From the NCBI GenBank assembly GCA_045536495.1, contig JAZSNR010000027.1:549-64548 (forward strand): a stretch of DNA of 64,000 bases, given 5' to 3'. Under the pieces are notes generated by a model, which saw only the letters and a program-made list of their open reading frames with translations, made no database searches and was not told the DNA's origin. Each line of letters starts with the position of its first letter. Positions within the stretch are counted from its first letter, which is position 1. The position numbers were made by a program, and so were the translations under genes. Below, one piece after another: positions 1 through 9,565 of the stretch. This DNA comes from Acutalibacteraceae bacterium (GTDB taxonomy: Bacteria; Bacillota; Clostridia; Oscillospirales; Acutalibacteraceae).

Positions 1-771
1 GCTTTTGTTAAAAAATTCCCTCACTATTTTGTGGGTTCAAATGCAGATTTGCCCATTGTTGGCGGTTCGGTTCTTACTCACGACCATTTTCAAGGCGGTA
101 ACTATGAATTTGCAATGGCAAAAGCACCAATAGAAACAAAGGTAACCTTTAAAGGTTATGAAGATATTGAGGCAGGTATTGTTAAATGGCCGATGTCCGT
201 TCTTCGTCTTATTGGTGACGATACCGACAAAATTTGTGAGTTGAGCGGTAAAATTCTTGCAAAGTGGAGAGGCTACACAGACGAAGATGCTTTCATTTTC
301 GCAGAAACCTACGGTACACCTCACAACACAATTACACCTATTGCAAGATTCAGAAACGGTAAATTTGAAATTGACCTTGTTTTGAGAAACAATATTACAA
401 CAAAAGAATATCCCGACGGTGTTTACCATCCTCATCCCCAGCATCACCACATTAAGAAAGAGAATATCGGTCTTATTGAGGTTATGGGTCTTGCGGTTCT
501 TCCCTCAAGACTTAAAACAGAAATGGCAACTCTTAAGGATGCCATTATAAACGGCAAAGATATTACTGCTGATGAAACAATTGCAAAGCACGCAGAATGG
601 GTTGAAGATATTAAGAAGAGCAACATCATTACCGAAGAAAACTGCGAAAAGGTTTTACAGGCAGAAATCGGTAAGGTGTTTGCAGATATTCTCGGTCAAT
701 GCGGTGTGTATGCCCGAAATGAAGAGGGTAAAGCACAATTCCTTAAATTTGTAGAAGCAGTTAACGAATGA
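1..771 (+). CDS. galT: UDP-glucose--hexose-1-phosphate uridylyltransferase (long-form GalT), C-terminal part; the 5' end lies outside the window
   Basis: Frame 1 is open from base 1. The sequence [32 protein letters not shown] is typical of Firmicutes GalT. Stop codon at 769-771. Confidence 0.85.
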   Translation, partial: AFVKKFPHYFVGSNADLPIVGGSVLTHDHFQGGNYEFAMAKAPIETKVTFKGYEDIEAGIVKWPMSVLRLIGDDTDKICELSGKILAKWRGYTDEDAFIFAETYGTPHNTITPIARFRNGKFEIDLVLRNNITTKEYPDGVYHPHPQHHHIKKENIGLIEVMGLAVLPSRLKTEMATLKDAIINGKDITADETIAKHAEWVEDIKKSNIITEENCEKVLQAEIGKVFADILGQCGVYARNEEGKAQFLKFVEAVNE

Positions 772-790
772 TATAACGGAGGAAAGAGAT

Positions 791-2497
791 ATGTTTGAAA
801 AAATTAAATCCCAATTTCAGATTGGTAAAGTAGACGTTCAGCAGAATGCTTTTGACGGCAGAGGCTTTACCTTTGAACTTGAAGAAACAGAAAAATCCAT
901 TAAAGGTGTTTTGAAAGCAAAGGTTAATCTTACGATGAAATCCTTTGAAATTATCGGTGAAAAGGATTTTGACGATGATGATTTATTCTTTGCGAATGGC
1001 TATCAGGCTTGGACAACTTCCCGTGAATTTTGCAAGAATGACACCTTCAAAGGTCTTATCAAAGCAGCAAATATCAATAAATTCTTGAAGCACTTCGCAG
1101 GTCTTTCAGGTGACTACCATTTTGAAAGCTATGGCGAAGAGGGTAAATTCCACGGCTATACATATTGCTATTTCCGTGAAAAAGGCGAAAAGGAAATCAA
1201 GCTTTACGGCTCAAAAAGTGAGCGTCAGGGCTTTACAATTTTCGCCGTTGATATGAAAGACGATGAGTTTATTTTAAGAAAAGATGTTGAAGGTCTTGCT
1301 CTTGAAGCAGGGCAGGAATATGAAATCTTCGATATTGCTATTATTAAAGGTGATATGGACGATGTAATGGACAAATATTTCTTCGACTTCGTTGGCTGCA
1401 AGAAGCCGGCTATCGAGCATCTTTCCGGTTATACCTCTTGGTACAACTATTTTCAGAATATCAGCGAAGATATTATTCTTCGTGACCTTAACGGGCTTGA
1501 CAGAGCAAGTGAAGAGGTTAATATTTTCCAGGTTGACGACGGCTATCAGCAGGCAGTTGGTGACTGGCTTCTTATTGACGAAAAGAAATTCCCCAACGGA
1601 ATGAAATATATTGCAGATAAAATTCACGAAAAGGGATATAAAGCAGGTATCTGGCTTGCACCTTTCAGCGCTCAGGTTTCTTCAAAGCTTGCAAAGGAAC
1701 ATCCAGATTGGCTTCTTACTCACAACCGAAACGGCAAAAAAATGCTTGGTTGTCAGGGTTGGGGCGGTGCTTACACCATTGATATTTATATCCCTGAGGT
1801 AAGAGAATATATCAAAAAAGTTTTCAACGAGGTTCTCAATGTCTGGGGCTTTGATATGGTTAAGCTTGATTTCCTTTACAGCCAGTGTATTGAGCCCAGA
1901 AACGGCAAAACCCGTGGTGAAATTATGTGCGACGGTGTTGACCTTCTTCGTGAGGCTTGCGGTGATAAATGGATTCTCGGTTGCGGTGTTCCGATAGGTG
2001 CTTGTATGGGCATATTTGATGCTTGCCGTATCAGCTGCGATGCAAATAAGGACTGGTCCTTCAAGCTTTCAAATGGTTTAAGCCAGACTGCTCTTCTCGG
2101 TCTTGTAAGGGTTAATCAGGAAAGTCCTTCATCACAGAATGCAATTATCAACACTGTTTTCCGTAACCACCTTGACGGCAGAGCTTTCTGCAACGACCCC
2201 GATGTATTCTTCCTTCGTGATTTCAATTTGGGTTATACTTGGGAACAGAAGCTTCTTCACGGCAAAATCAATACTGTTTGCGGTAATGTTCTTTTCGTTT
2301 CTGATAATGCAGGGGATTTTGATGATGAAAGAATTGGCTATCTTAAGGAATTCTTTAGAGATAAAGATTATAAGGTGAATATGGCAGAGTTTATTGACGA
2401 TGATGTTATACGCCTTGATTTCTCTGAAAACGGCGAAGAAAAAAGTCTTACATTTAACCTTAAAACAGGCGACAGTAATGTAAAAGAAGTTCTGTAA
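791..2497 (+). CDS. alpha-galactosidase, short GH36 type (Thermotoga GalA-like)
   Basis: 568-aa ORF with RBS GGAGG upstream. Motifs VDDGYQ, GIWLAPF and MVKLDFLY fit the GH36/melibiase fold. It lies next to galT. Confidence 0.8.
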   Translation: MFEKIKSQFQIGKVDVQQNAFDGRGFTFELEETEKSIKGVLKAKVNLTMKSFEIIGEKDFDDDDLFFANGYQAWTTSREFCKNDTFKGLIKAANINKFLKHFAGLSGDYHFESYGEEGKFHGYTYCYFREKGEKEIKLYGSKSERQGFTIFAVDMKDDEFILRKDVEGLALEAGQEYEIFDIAIIKGDMDDVMDKYFFDFVGCKKPAIEHLSGYTSWYNYFQNISEDIILRDLNGLDRASEEVNIFQVDDGYQQAVGDWLLIDEKKFPNGMKYIADKIHEKGYKAGIWLAPFSAQVSSKLAKEHPDWLLTHNRNGKKMLGCQGWGGAYTIDIYIPEVREYIKKVFNEVLNVWGFDMVKLDFLYSQCIEPRNGKTRGEIMCDGVDLLREACGDKWILGCGVPIGACMGIFDACRISCDANKDWSFKLSNGLSQTALLGLVRVNQESPSSQNAIINTVFRNHLDGRAFCNDPDVFFLRDFNLGYTWEQKLLHGKINTVCGNVLFVSDNAGDFDDERIGYLKEFFRDKDYKVNMAEFIDDDVIRLDFSENGEEKSLTFNLKTGDSNVKEVL

Positions 2498-2604
2498 TTT
2501 GATTATAAAAATGCAATTTTACAGAATATTTTTAAAATATTATTGAATATTTATACAAAACGTGATACTATATCTCATTATATTTGAATTTGAAGGAGTA
2601 AAAT

Positions 2605-4152
2605 ATGGGAACAAGTACAATTTTAATTTTGATAACCATTGTTTGCTATCTCGGGATGATGATTGCAATTGGTGCAAAATTTTCAAAGAAAAACAAAGAT
2701 ACATCGGATTTCTATCTTGGTGGTAGAAAATTAGGACCTTTCGTAACAGCAATGAGTGCGGAAGCATCCGATATGAGCAGCTGGCTTCTTATGGGTCTTC
2801 CCGGTGTTGCTCTTATTGCAGGTTTGGCAGAGGCTTCATGGACTGCAATAGGTCTTGCGGTAGGTACATATATCAACTGGCTTGTAGTTGCAAAAAAAAT
2901 ACGTTTGTATTCAAGTAAAATTGATGCAGTTACATTGCCTGAGTTCTTCTCAAAAAGATTCGGTGACAATGCGGGTATATTGAAATTTATCGCTGCAGCG
3001 GTTATTATAGTATTCTTTATTCCTTACACAGCATCAGGCTTCTCTGCTTGCGGTAAGCTTTTCGAATCAATTTTCGGAATTCCTTATATGACAGCAATGA
3101 TTGTCAGCGGTATCGTTATTGTTTTATATACTGCTTTGGGCGGTTTCCTCGCAGCATCAACAACAGACTTTATTCAGTCAATTGTTATGACAATTGCGCT
3201 TGTTGTTGTTCTCGGATTCGGCATTAATTATGCAGGCGGTTGGGAACAGGTTGCTGAGAATGCAGAAAACCTTGCAGGTTATCTCAACTTTACAATCACT
3301 CATGGTGCAGGAAGCGTCAGCGAAGCGATTGCAGGCACAGCAGGTACAAAGCCTTACGGTGCGCTCACAATTGCATCAACTTTGGCTTGGGGGCTTGGTT
3401 ATTTCGGTATGCCCCACATTCTTCTCAGATTTATGGCAATTGAAAAAGTTGAAAAAATTAAACTTGCAAGAAGAGTAGCTTCTATCTGGGTTGTTATTTC
3501 AATGGCAGTTGCAATAGTTATCGGTGTTGTAGGCTACGGCGTTGTTAAGAGCGGTGTTGTTACAGGTCTTGAAGACAGCGAAAGAATAATTATTGAAATT
3601 GCAAAGGTTATCAGCGGCGAAGGTTGGATTTTCGCGATTGTTGCAGGTATCATTCTTTCAGGTATTCTTGCTTCTATTATGTCAACTGCTGATTCACAGC
3701 TTCTCGCAGCATCTTCAAGTATTTCCGAAGATATTTTCAAGGCTGTTAAGCTTAATGTTTCCGGCAAAAAGAAAATGTTGGTTGCACGAATTTCTGTTAT
3801 TGTTATAGCGATCATCGCTATGTTTATTGCAAAAGATCCCAACAGCAAGGTTTTTGAAATCGTTTCATTTGCTTGGGCAGGTTTCGGTGCAACATTCGGT
3901 GCTGTTGTTCTTTGCGCACTTTTCTTCAAACGTACAAACAAATGGGGCGCTCTTGCAGGTATGGTAAGCGGTGCTGTTATGGTATTCGTTTGGAAATTTG
4001 TTATCAGCGGTTTCGGCGGTGCATTCGCAATTTACGAGCTCCTTCCCGCGTTCATCATTTCACTTGTGCTTACAGTTGTTGTTTCTCTTGTCACTCCCGC
4101 TCCTTCAAAGGAAGTTCAGGAAACATTCGATGCTGTTAAAGCAGAAAAATAA
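2605..4152 (+). CDS. putP: sodium:proline symporter (SSS family)
   Basis: 515-aa polytopic membrane ORF with RBS GGAG. Motifs such as FYLGGRKLGP and SWLLMGLPG are typical of PutP. Confidence 0.85.
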   Translation: MGTSTILILITIVCYLGMMIAIGAKFSKKNKDTSDFYLGGRKLGPFVTAMSAEASDMSSWLLMGLPGVALIAGLAEASWTAIGLAVGTYINWLVVAKKIRLYSSKIDAVTLPEFFSKRFGDNAGILKFIAAAVIIVFFIPYTASGFSACGKLFESIFGIPYMTAMIVSGIVIVLYTALGGFLAASTTDFIQSIVMTIALVVVLGFGINYAGGWEQVAENAENLAGYLNFTITHGAGSVSEAIAGTAGTKPYGALTIASTLAWGLGYFGMPHILLRFMAIEKVEKIKLARRVASIWVVISMAVAIVIGVVGYGVVKSGVVTGLEDSERIIIEIAKVISGEGWIFAIVAGIILSGILASIMSTADSQLLAASSSISEDIFKAVKLNVSGKKKMLVARISVIVIAIIAMFIAKDPNSKVFEIVSFAWAGFGATFGAVVLCALFFKRTNKWGALAGMVSGAVMVFVWKFVISGFGGAFAIYELLPAFIISLVLTVVVSLVTPAPSKEVQETFDAVKAEK

Positions 4153-4163
4153 TCGATATTGAA

Positions 4164-4200
4164 TAAAAAACAGCCTTCCGCAAAGGAAGGTTGTTTTTTT
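4164..4200. terminator. bidirectional intrinsic terminator between putP and the GDPD gene
   Basis: The stem cagccttcc/ggaaggttg is flanked by an A-run and a T-run. Confidence 0.7.
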
Positions 4201-4960
4201 AATTCAATATTGTATTCATTTTATCAGGATTTCTTGTTGTTATATTATCTGGTGCAAGGTGGAGTATTTCATACATTTCTTTTTCGTTATTTACTGTCCA
4301 GATTGAAACTAATAAATCATTTTCGTGGAAAATATCAACAAGCTCTTTTGTTGCGTTATCTTTGTTGAAATTGATTCCTATTGCGCCGCTTTGTTTTACT
4401 TCTTCAACAAGGCTTCGAAGATATTCAGGTGTTTGTTTTTTTGGATTTTCAACATTAACATTCAAATAGTAAGGAACTTCGGGACTGTCTTTTTTCACGG
4501 CTTCCACATCTTCCTTGAAAATGCCTGTATAAAAAATTCTGTCTGAAATGCCGTGGCTTTCTGCAAGGTTAACCACCTCTTTAAGATTAGCAACACTTTT
4601 AGCATCAACGTTTACTTTTAAATTTTCGTATTCGCTGACTTTTTTGAATGCCTGGTTGAGAGTTATCTCGTTGCCTGTCGGTTTATCGTGGGCTAAAACT
4701 GCGGTTCCGTCCTCCAAAAAATTCAAATCAAATTCAACTATATCTGCACCGTATTTTGCGCCGGTTTCAATTGCTTCTAAAGAATTATCTTTTGTATCAA
4801 CACAACCTGTATGCGCTGTGTATGTGAAATTTTTTGGCAAATTAAAAGGTTTGTTTTTCAATTCTGTCAACTCCTTTTGGTTGATTATTGCCAACGCAAT
4901 TAAAATAAGAATAGCAACAAAAAGAACGCAAATAATACTTAATACTATTTTCTTTTTCAT
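4199..4960 (-). CDS. membrane-anchored glycerophosphodiester phosphodiesterase family protein
   Basis: N-terminal TM helix, then AHTGC...NSLEAIETGAKYGADIVEFDL...LAHD, which is a GDPD signature. RBS GAGGTGG. Confidence 0.8.
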   Translation of the reverse strand: MKKKIVLSIICVLFVAILILIALAIINQKELTELKNKPFNLPKNFTYTAHTGCVDTKDNSLEAIETGAKYGADIVEFDLNFLEDGTAVLAHDKPTGNEITLNQAFKKVSEYENLKVNVDAKSVANLKEVVNLAESHGISDRIFYTGIFKEDVEAVKKDSPEVPYYLNVNVENPKKQTPEYLRSLVEEVKQSGAIGINFNKDNATKELVDIFHENDLLVSIWTVNNEKEMYEILHLAPDNITTRNPDKMNTILN

Positions 4961-5228
4961 TTTACCACCTCTGATGAAAATAAATATATCACACTTTTTG
5001 GCTTTTGACTACAAAAAAGGAATATTTTATCAGGTCTAGAATAATTTTATACTTGACTTTTTTAGTTTTTTACGGAGTGAACAAAAAAACAGTTTTTTTC
5101 TTTATTTATTTTGCTTTCTTTTGCATTGCCAAGTGTAATTTTATGTTGTATAATAATGAGGAAATGTAGATTAGGGGAAGTTTGGTCAAAATTGGTCAAA
5201 TTATCTCCACCACTTTTTAAAGGGGATT

Positions 5229-7340
5229 ATGATAGTGATTCAAAAATACGATGGATGGAAAGGTTTCGAAAGCGGAACCTGGACAAGAGAAATCAACGTA
5301 AGAAGCTTTATTAAACATAATTTCACACCCTATGACGGAAACGAGAAGTTTCTTGTTGGCCCCACAAAAGCAACACTTGATTTATGGGATCAGGTTCTCG
5401 AGCTTTCCAAGCAGGAGCGAGAAGCAGGCGGCGTTCTCGATATGGATACAAAGGTAATTTCAACAATTACCTCTCACGATCCCGGCTATCTCAATAAGGA
5501 TTTGGAGAAAATTGTCGGCTTGCAGACGGACAAGCCCTTAAAACGCGCCCTTATGCCCTATGGCGGTATTCGTATGGCCGAAAAGGCTTGTAAGGATAAC
5601 GGCTATGAAATAGACCCTGAAATCAAAGAGTTTTTTACTACTCACAGAAAGACTCATAACGCAGGTGTTTTCGATGCCTACACTCCGGAAATGAGAGCTT
5701 GCCGTTCAAGCCACATTATTACAGGTCTTCCCGATGCTTACGGCAGAGGAAGAATTATCGGTGACTACAGAAGAGTTGCCCTCTACGGCGTTGACAGGCT
5801 TATTGAAGATAAAATGGAGCAGAAGGAAACAACCCGTACTGCAATGTATTCTCAGGTTATTCAGGAACGTGAAGAGCTTGCAGAGCAGATTCGTGCCCTC
5901 GAAGACCTTAAAAAGATGGCGATGAGCTACGGCTTTGATATTTCTCAACCTGCTCGCGATACAAAGGAAGCAATTCAATGGTTGTATTTCGGCTACCTTG
6001 CAGCAGTTAAGGAGCAAAACGGTGCAGCAATGTCCTTGGGCAGAACCTCAACCTTCCTTGATATTTACTCCGAAAGAGATATTAAAAACGGTGTTTATAC
6101 AGAAGAGGAAATTCAGGAAATGATTGACCATTTCATTATGAAGCTCCGTCTTATTAAATTTGCAAGAACACCTGAATATAATGCTCTTTTCTCAGGTGAT
6201 CCCCAGTGGGTTACAGAGTCCATCGGCGGTATGGCTATTGACGGACGTCACATGGTAACAAAAATGTCTTTCCGTTATCTTCATACCCTTGAAAATCTCG
6301 GTGCGGCGCCTGAACCCAACCTTACGGTTCTTTGGTCAACCCGTCTTCCTGAAAATTTCAAGCGCTTCTGTGCGAAAATTTCTATTGAGACATCTTCCGT
6401 TCAGTACGAGAACGATGACCTTATGCGTTTTCACCACGGTGACGATTATGCAATTGCTTGTTGCGTTTCTTCAATGAAATTGGGAAAAGAAATGCAGTTC
6501 TTCGGCGCAAGAGCAAACCTTGCAAAATGCCTTCTTTATGCTATCAACGGCGGTGTGGATGAAATTTCAGGCAAGCAGATTGCTCCTAAATATCGTCCCA
6601 TAACAAGCGAATACCTTGATTATAGCGAGGTTATGGAAAAATATGATGCAATGATGGAGTGGCTTGCAGGTGTTTATGTTAACACTCTTAATATAATCCA
6701 CTATATGCACGATAAATACTGCTACGAAAAAATTCAGATGGCTCTCCACGATAAAAAGGTAACCCGTTGGTTTGCAACAGGTATTGCAGGACTTTCCGTT
6801 GTTGCGGATTCTCTTTCTGCGATTAAATATGCCCGCGTTAAAACAATTCGTAACGAAGATGGTCTTGTTGTGGATTACGAGGTTGAGGGAGATTTCCCCA
6901 AATACGGTAACGATGACGACCTTGTTGACGATATCGCTTACGATATTGTTCACCGCTTTATGACTCACATTAAAAAGAATCATACCTACCGTGACGGTAT
7001 TCCAACAACATCAATTCTTACTATCACATCAAATGTTGTTTACGGTAAAAATACGGGTGCCACTCCCGACGGACGCAAGAAAGGCGAGGCTTTCGCTCCC
7101 GGTGCTAATCCTATGCACCGCCGTGACACCAAAGGTGCGGTTTCATCACTTGCATCTGTTGCAAAGCTTCCCTTTGTTGATGCTCAGGACGGTATTTCAA
7201 ACACATTCTCTATCATTCCGGGTGCTCTCGGTAAGGATGACCAAATCTTTGCAGGAGATATTGAGGTTAACCTTGACTGCACTACGGATGCTTGCGTGAG
7301 TCCGACGCTGTTTGAAGGATTAGATGCTGAAGAAGAGTAA
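5229..7340 (+). CDS. pflB: pyruvate formate-lyase catalytic core that lacks the glycyl-radical domain; ends in 30 non-homologous codons
   Basis: N-terminus WKGF..W...INVRSFI and active-site ACCVS are present. PFL homology stops at ...[11 protein letters not shown] (7247). The tail [11 protein letters not shown]...AEEE then runs to a stop at 7338-7340. The start may be GTG 5235. Confidence 0.85.
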   Translation: MIVIQKYDGWKGFESGTWTREINVRSFIKHNFTPYDGNEKFLVGPTKATLDLWDQVLELSKQEREAGGVLDMDTKVISTITSHDPGYLNKDLEKIVGLQTDKPLKRALMPYGGIRMAEKACKDNGYEIDPEIKEFFTTHRKTHNAGVFDAYTPEMRACRSSHIITGLPDAYGRGRIIGDYRRVALYGVDRLIEDKMEQKETTRTAMYSQVIQEREELAEQIRALEDLKKMAMSYGFDISQPARDTKEAIQWLYFGYLAAVKEQNGAAMSLGRTSTFLDIYSERDIKNGVYTEEEIQEMIDHFIMKLRLIKFARTPEYNALFSGDPQWVTESIGGMAIDGRHMVTKMSFRYLHTLENLGAAPEPNLTVLWSTRLPENFKRFCAKISIETSSVQYENDDLMRFHHGDDYAIACCVSSMKLGKEMQFFGARANLAKCLLYAINGGVDEISGKQIAPKYRPITSEYLDYSEVMEKYDAMMEWLAGVYVNTLNIIHYMHDKYCYEKIQMALHDKKVTRWFATGIAGLSVVADSLSAIKYARVKTIRNEDGLVVDYEVEGDFPKYGNDDDLVDDIAYDIVHRFMTHIKKNHTYRDGIPTTSILTITSNVVYGKNTGATPDGRKKGEAFAPGANPMHRRDTKGAVSSLASVAKLPFVDAQDGISNTFSIIPGALGKDDQIFAGDIEVNLDCTTDACVSPTLFEGLDAEEE

Positions 7341-7449
7341 TATTCGATTTGTACCACCCACCGCTAACGCGGTCCCCCCCTCCTTTTTGCTAAAGCAAAA
7401 AAGAGGGATAGCTAAGGTAAACAATTTAATTTTATTAGGAGGAAATACA
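7248..7449 (+). other. about 200-nt intervening segment that splits PFL (non-homologous tail, stop codon, 61-nt two-hairpin repeat, new RBS)
   Basis: Canonical PFLs have only 5-9 residues between the ALGK motif and NLxxLLDGY. Here about 200 nt and a frame change separate them. Confidence 0.7.
7350..7410 (+). repeat. 61-nt two-hairpin repeat element, copy 1
   Basis: Sequence: tgtaccaccca-ccgctaacgcgg-tcccccccctcctttttgctaaagcaaaaaagagggata. It reappears reverse-complemented at 8573-8631. Confidence 0.85.
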
Positions 7450-7692
7450 ATGGCAGCAACACAGAACCAGATAGATAACCTTGTTTCCCTTCTTGACGGA
7501 TATGTTCAAAAGGGTGGACATCACCTTAATGTTAACGTTTTTTCAAAAGAAACATTACTTGATGCCCAGAAACATCCCGAAAAATATCCTCAACTTACAG
7601 TTAGGGTAAGCGGTTATGCTGTTAACTTTATCAAGCTCACTAAAGAACAGCAGGACGAGGTTATTTCAAGAACATTCCACGATAAAATATAA
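7450..7692 (+). CDS. stand-alone glycyl-radical domain protein (GrcA/YfiD-like; equals the PFL C-terminus)
   Basis: AGGAGG at 7438-7443 lies 6 nt before the ATG. The 80-aa product carries GGHHLNVNV and the glycyl-radical motif RVSGYAVNF. Its stop overlaps the pflA start (TAATG). Confidence 0.85.
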   Translation: MAATQNQIDNLVSLLDGYVQKGGHHLNVNVFSKETLLDAQKHPEKYPQLTVRVSGYAVNFIKLTKEQQDEVISRTFHDKI

Positions 7693-8441
7693 TGACAGGT
7701 TTTATTCATTCCAAGGAAAGCTTTGGCACAGTTGATGGTCCGGGCATAAGATATGTTCTTTTTATGCAGGGCTGTCCTATGCGATGCCTTTATTGCCATA
7801 ATCCAGATACATGGAAAACCGATGAGGGCACTGAAATAACTGTTGAAGAAATTATTGAAGAGTTTAATAAAAACCGCGCTTTTTATTCTAAAGGTGGCAT
7901 AACCGTCAGCGGAGGAGAGCCTCTTCTGCAGTTGCCTTTTATAACAGAGCTTTTCAGAAAATGCAAGGAAGAAAATATTCACACTTGTATTGATACTTCG
8001 GGTATCACCTATGAAGAAGATGCAGAGTATCTTAAAAAACTGGATTTTCTTTTAGAATATACAGACCTTGTTATGCTTGATATAAAGCATATTGAAAGTG
8101 AAAATCACAAGGCGTTGACAGGGCATAGGAATGAAAATGTTCTTGCCTTTGCAAAGTACCTTGAAGAAAAAAACATTCCTCTTTGGATAAGGCATGTTGT
8201 TGTAGAAGGGTATACCAATAAAAAGGAAGATTTAATTAAATTAGGCGAATTTATCGGAGAACTTAAAAATCTTAAAGGTCTTGATGTTTTACCCTATCAT
8301 ACAATGGGAGTTAATAAGTATAAAGAATTAGGTATTCCTTATAAATTAGAAGGAATTCCGGCTCTGCCGAAATCTGAAGCTCAAAAGGCAAAGGAATATA
8401 TATTATATGGTATAAGAAAAAGCCGTCAACCGATTGGTTGA
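7692..8441 (+). CDS. pflA: pyruvate formate-lyase activating enzyme (radical SAM)
   Basis: GPGIRYVLFMQGCPMRCLYCHNPDTW contains the CX3CX2C motif. It has the typical PflA length and sits directly after the PFL genes. Confidence 0.93.
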   Translation: MTGFIHSKESFGTVDGPGIRYVLFMQGCPMRCLYCHNPDTWKTDEGTEITVEEIIEEFNKNRAFYSKGGITVSGGEPLLQLPFITELFRKCKEENIHTCIDTSGITYEEDAEYLKKLDFLLEYTDLVMLDIKHIESENHKALTGHRNENVLAFAKYLEEKNIPLWIRHVVVEGYTNKKEDLIKLGEFIGELKNLKGLDVLPYHTMGVNKYKELGIPYKLEGIPALPKSEAQKAKEYILYGIRKSRQPIG

Positions 8442-8452
8442 TGGCATTTTTT
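8422..8452 (+). terminator. intrinsic terminator of pflA
   Basis: Stem gccgtcaacc/ggttgatggc followed by a T-run. Confidence 0.65.
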
Positions 8453-8572
8453 ATGGCAAGTTGGAAGTGGTAAGTTTCGGGTCTGCGACGCTATTATAAT
8501 GCAAAATGCAAAGTTCAAAATGATAAAAGATATCAGGTGTCAGTCGCCAGGATGTAAAAGTAATGCGCATTA

Positions 8573-8631
8573 TATCCCTCTTTTTTGCTTGCAAAAAGGA
8601 GGGGGGACCACCGCAGGTGGTGGGTGGTACA
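8573..8631 (-). repeat. two-hairpin repeat element, copy 2 (inverted relative to copy 1)
   Basis: The reverse complement reads tgtaccaccca-ccacctgcggtgg-tcccccctcctttttgcaagcaaaaaagagggata. The first stem and both loops differ from copy 1, but pairing is kept. Confidence 0.85.
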
Positions 8632-8633
8632 AT

Positions 8634-8658
8634 GTAGGGGACGGATTCATCTGAATCC
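8634..8658 (+). repeat. REP-like element with the gtaggggacgg head and a palindrome
   Basis: The head gtaggggacgg is followed by the ggattca/tgaatcc hairpin. The same head occurs at 37664 and 39826. Confidence 0.6.
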
Positions 8659-8803
8659 TGATGTTTTTTCGGTTAGTGTGATATTGAATGTTAGGTTTCG
8701 GAAAAGTTTCGTTTGACGTTCTGTAATTTTACGTAAAAAGTAACAATATCGAGGCTCATTTGTTGTGCAAACCGTCGAAATTAAATAAAAAGCAAAAAAA
8801 GTG

Positions 8804-8832
8804 TTTACAAAATATGGATGTTGTGCTATTAT
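8804..8832 (+). promoter_or_regulatory. putative sigma-70 promoter of pilin gene 1
   Basis: TTTACA, a 17-nt spacer, then TATTAT with a TGTGC extended -10. It lies about 135 nt upstream of the ATG. Confidence 0.4.
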
Positions 8833-8971
8833 GTGAGTGTAACAAAGGTACGGAACATTCCCGAAAGGGTGTGAACGTAACTTTGGTACATAGTAAACGG
8901 TATTACGGTGAGGGTGAAAGACACTTACCTGTAATATTAAAAAAATATTTTTTTAAAGGAGTTGTTCGTAA

Positions 8972-9397
8972 ATGTTTAAATTTATGAAGAGCAAAAAGGG
9001 TTTCACCCTCGTTGAATTAATGATCGTTGTTGTTATCATGGCTATCCTCGTTGCAGTTGCAGTTCCGATTTTCTCAGCTGTTACAAAGAACGCAAGAATC
9101 AAAACTTGTGCTTCCAACCGTCGTGAAATCGTTTCTCAGATCACAAACTATGCAATGTCAAAAACTGTCAACTTGGAAGGTAGTGCTCAAATCAGTTCAA
9201 CAGAAGATAGTGGTAAAGTTGATAGTTGTGACTTTATGGCAACAACAGAGTTAGCTGGTCTCTTCCAGGAAGTTCCCTATTGCCCCGGTAACGGTACATA
9301 CACAATCAAATGTCTTGAAGGTACTGGCGAAGAAGCAGGTTCTGTAAGAGTTGAAGTTACTTGCGCAGGCGGTCAGGATGCTGGCGAACACGTATAA
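8972..9397 (+). CDS. type IV pilin / pseudopilin (prepilin-type N-terminal cleavage/methylation domain)
   Basis: KKGFTLVELMIVVVIMAILVAVAVPIF is a class III signal with a G|FTLxE site. RBS AAGGAG. C-terminal cysteines are present. Confidence 0.9.
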   Translation: MFKFMKSKKGFTLVELMIVVVIMAILVAVAVPIFSAVTKNARIKTCASNRREIVSQITNYAMSKTVNLEGSAQISSTEDSGKVDSCDFMATTELAGLFQEVPYCPGNGTYTIKCLEGTGEEAGSVRVEVTCAGGQDAGEHV

Positions 9398-9414
9398 TTA
9401 ACTTAGTGATAAAA

Positions 9415-9442
9415 ACTCTCGGAGAAATCCGGGAGTTTTTTC
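9415..9442 (+). terminator. intrinsic terminator after pilin gene 1
   Basis: Stem actctcgga/tccgggagt followed by T7. Confidence 0.7.
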
Positions 9443-9487
9443 TTTATGCTGAAATTCTCAAAAATGTATTTTTTTTACAAAAAAGTA

Positions 9488-9516
9488 TTTACTTTATAAT
9501 TATTGTGTGCTATAAT
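9488..9516 (+). promoter_or_regulatory. putative promoter of pilin gene 2
   Basis: TTTACT, a 17-nt spacer, then TATAAT preceded by TGTGC. Confidence 0.45.
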
Positions 9517-9565
9517 TTGTACGGTAAGGTTTCGTTTTTTTTACGCGAGATATGGAGGAAAAGAA

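Noticed and set aside
7239-7452. A self-splicing group I intron interrupting pflB, by analogy with introns in phage nrdD, another glycyl radical enzyme
   Set aside because: The segment is only about 200-215 nt. I could not find an internal guide sequence able to pair with the 5' exon end with a G-U at the splice site. I found no recognisable P7/P3/P8 core. The central 60 nt is a repeat that recurs outside the gene, and a perfect AGGAGG-ATG is positioned to translate the downstream domain independently. This is still worth one RT-PCR.
8838-8971. A c-di-GMP riboswitch (class I or II) in the pilin-1 leader, as in the C. difficile pilA1 gene
   Set aside because: By eye, the conserved GEMM-I elements (GCAAA, GACGCAAAGCC-like segments) and the class II pseudoknot motifs are absent. 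Only generic hairpins are visible. A covariance search is required before making any claim.
8760-8987. A 75-aa ORF overlapping the pilin-1 promoter and leader
   Set aside because: It has no RBS, a Lys/Cys-rich odd composition, and it spans the predicted promoter and 5' UTR. It is most likely non-coding.
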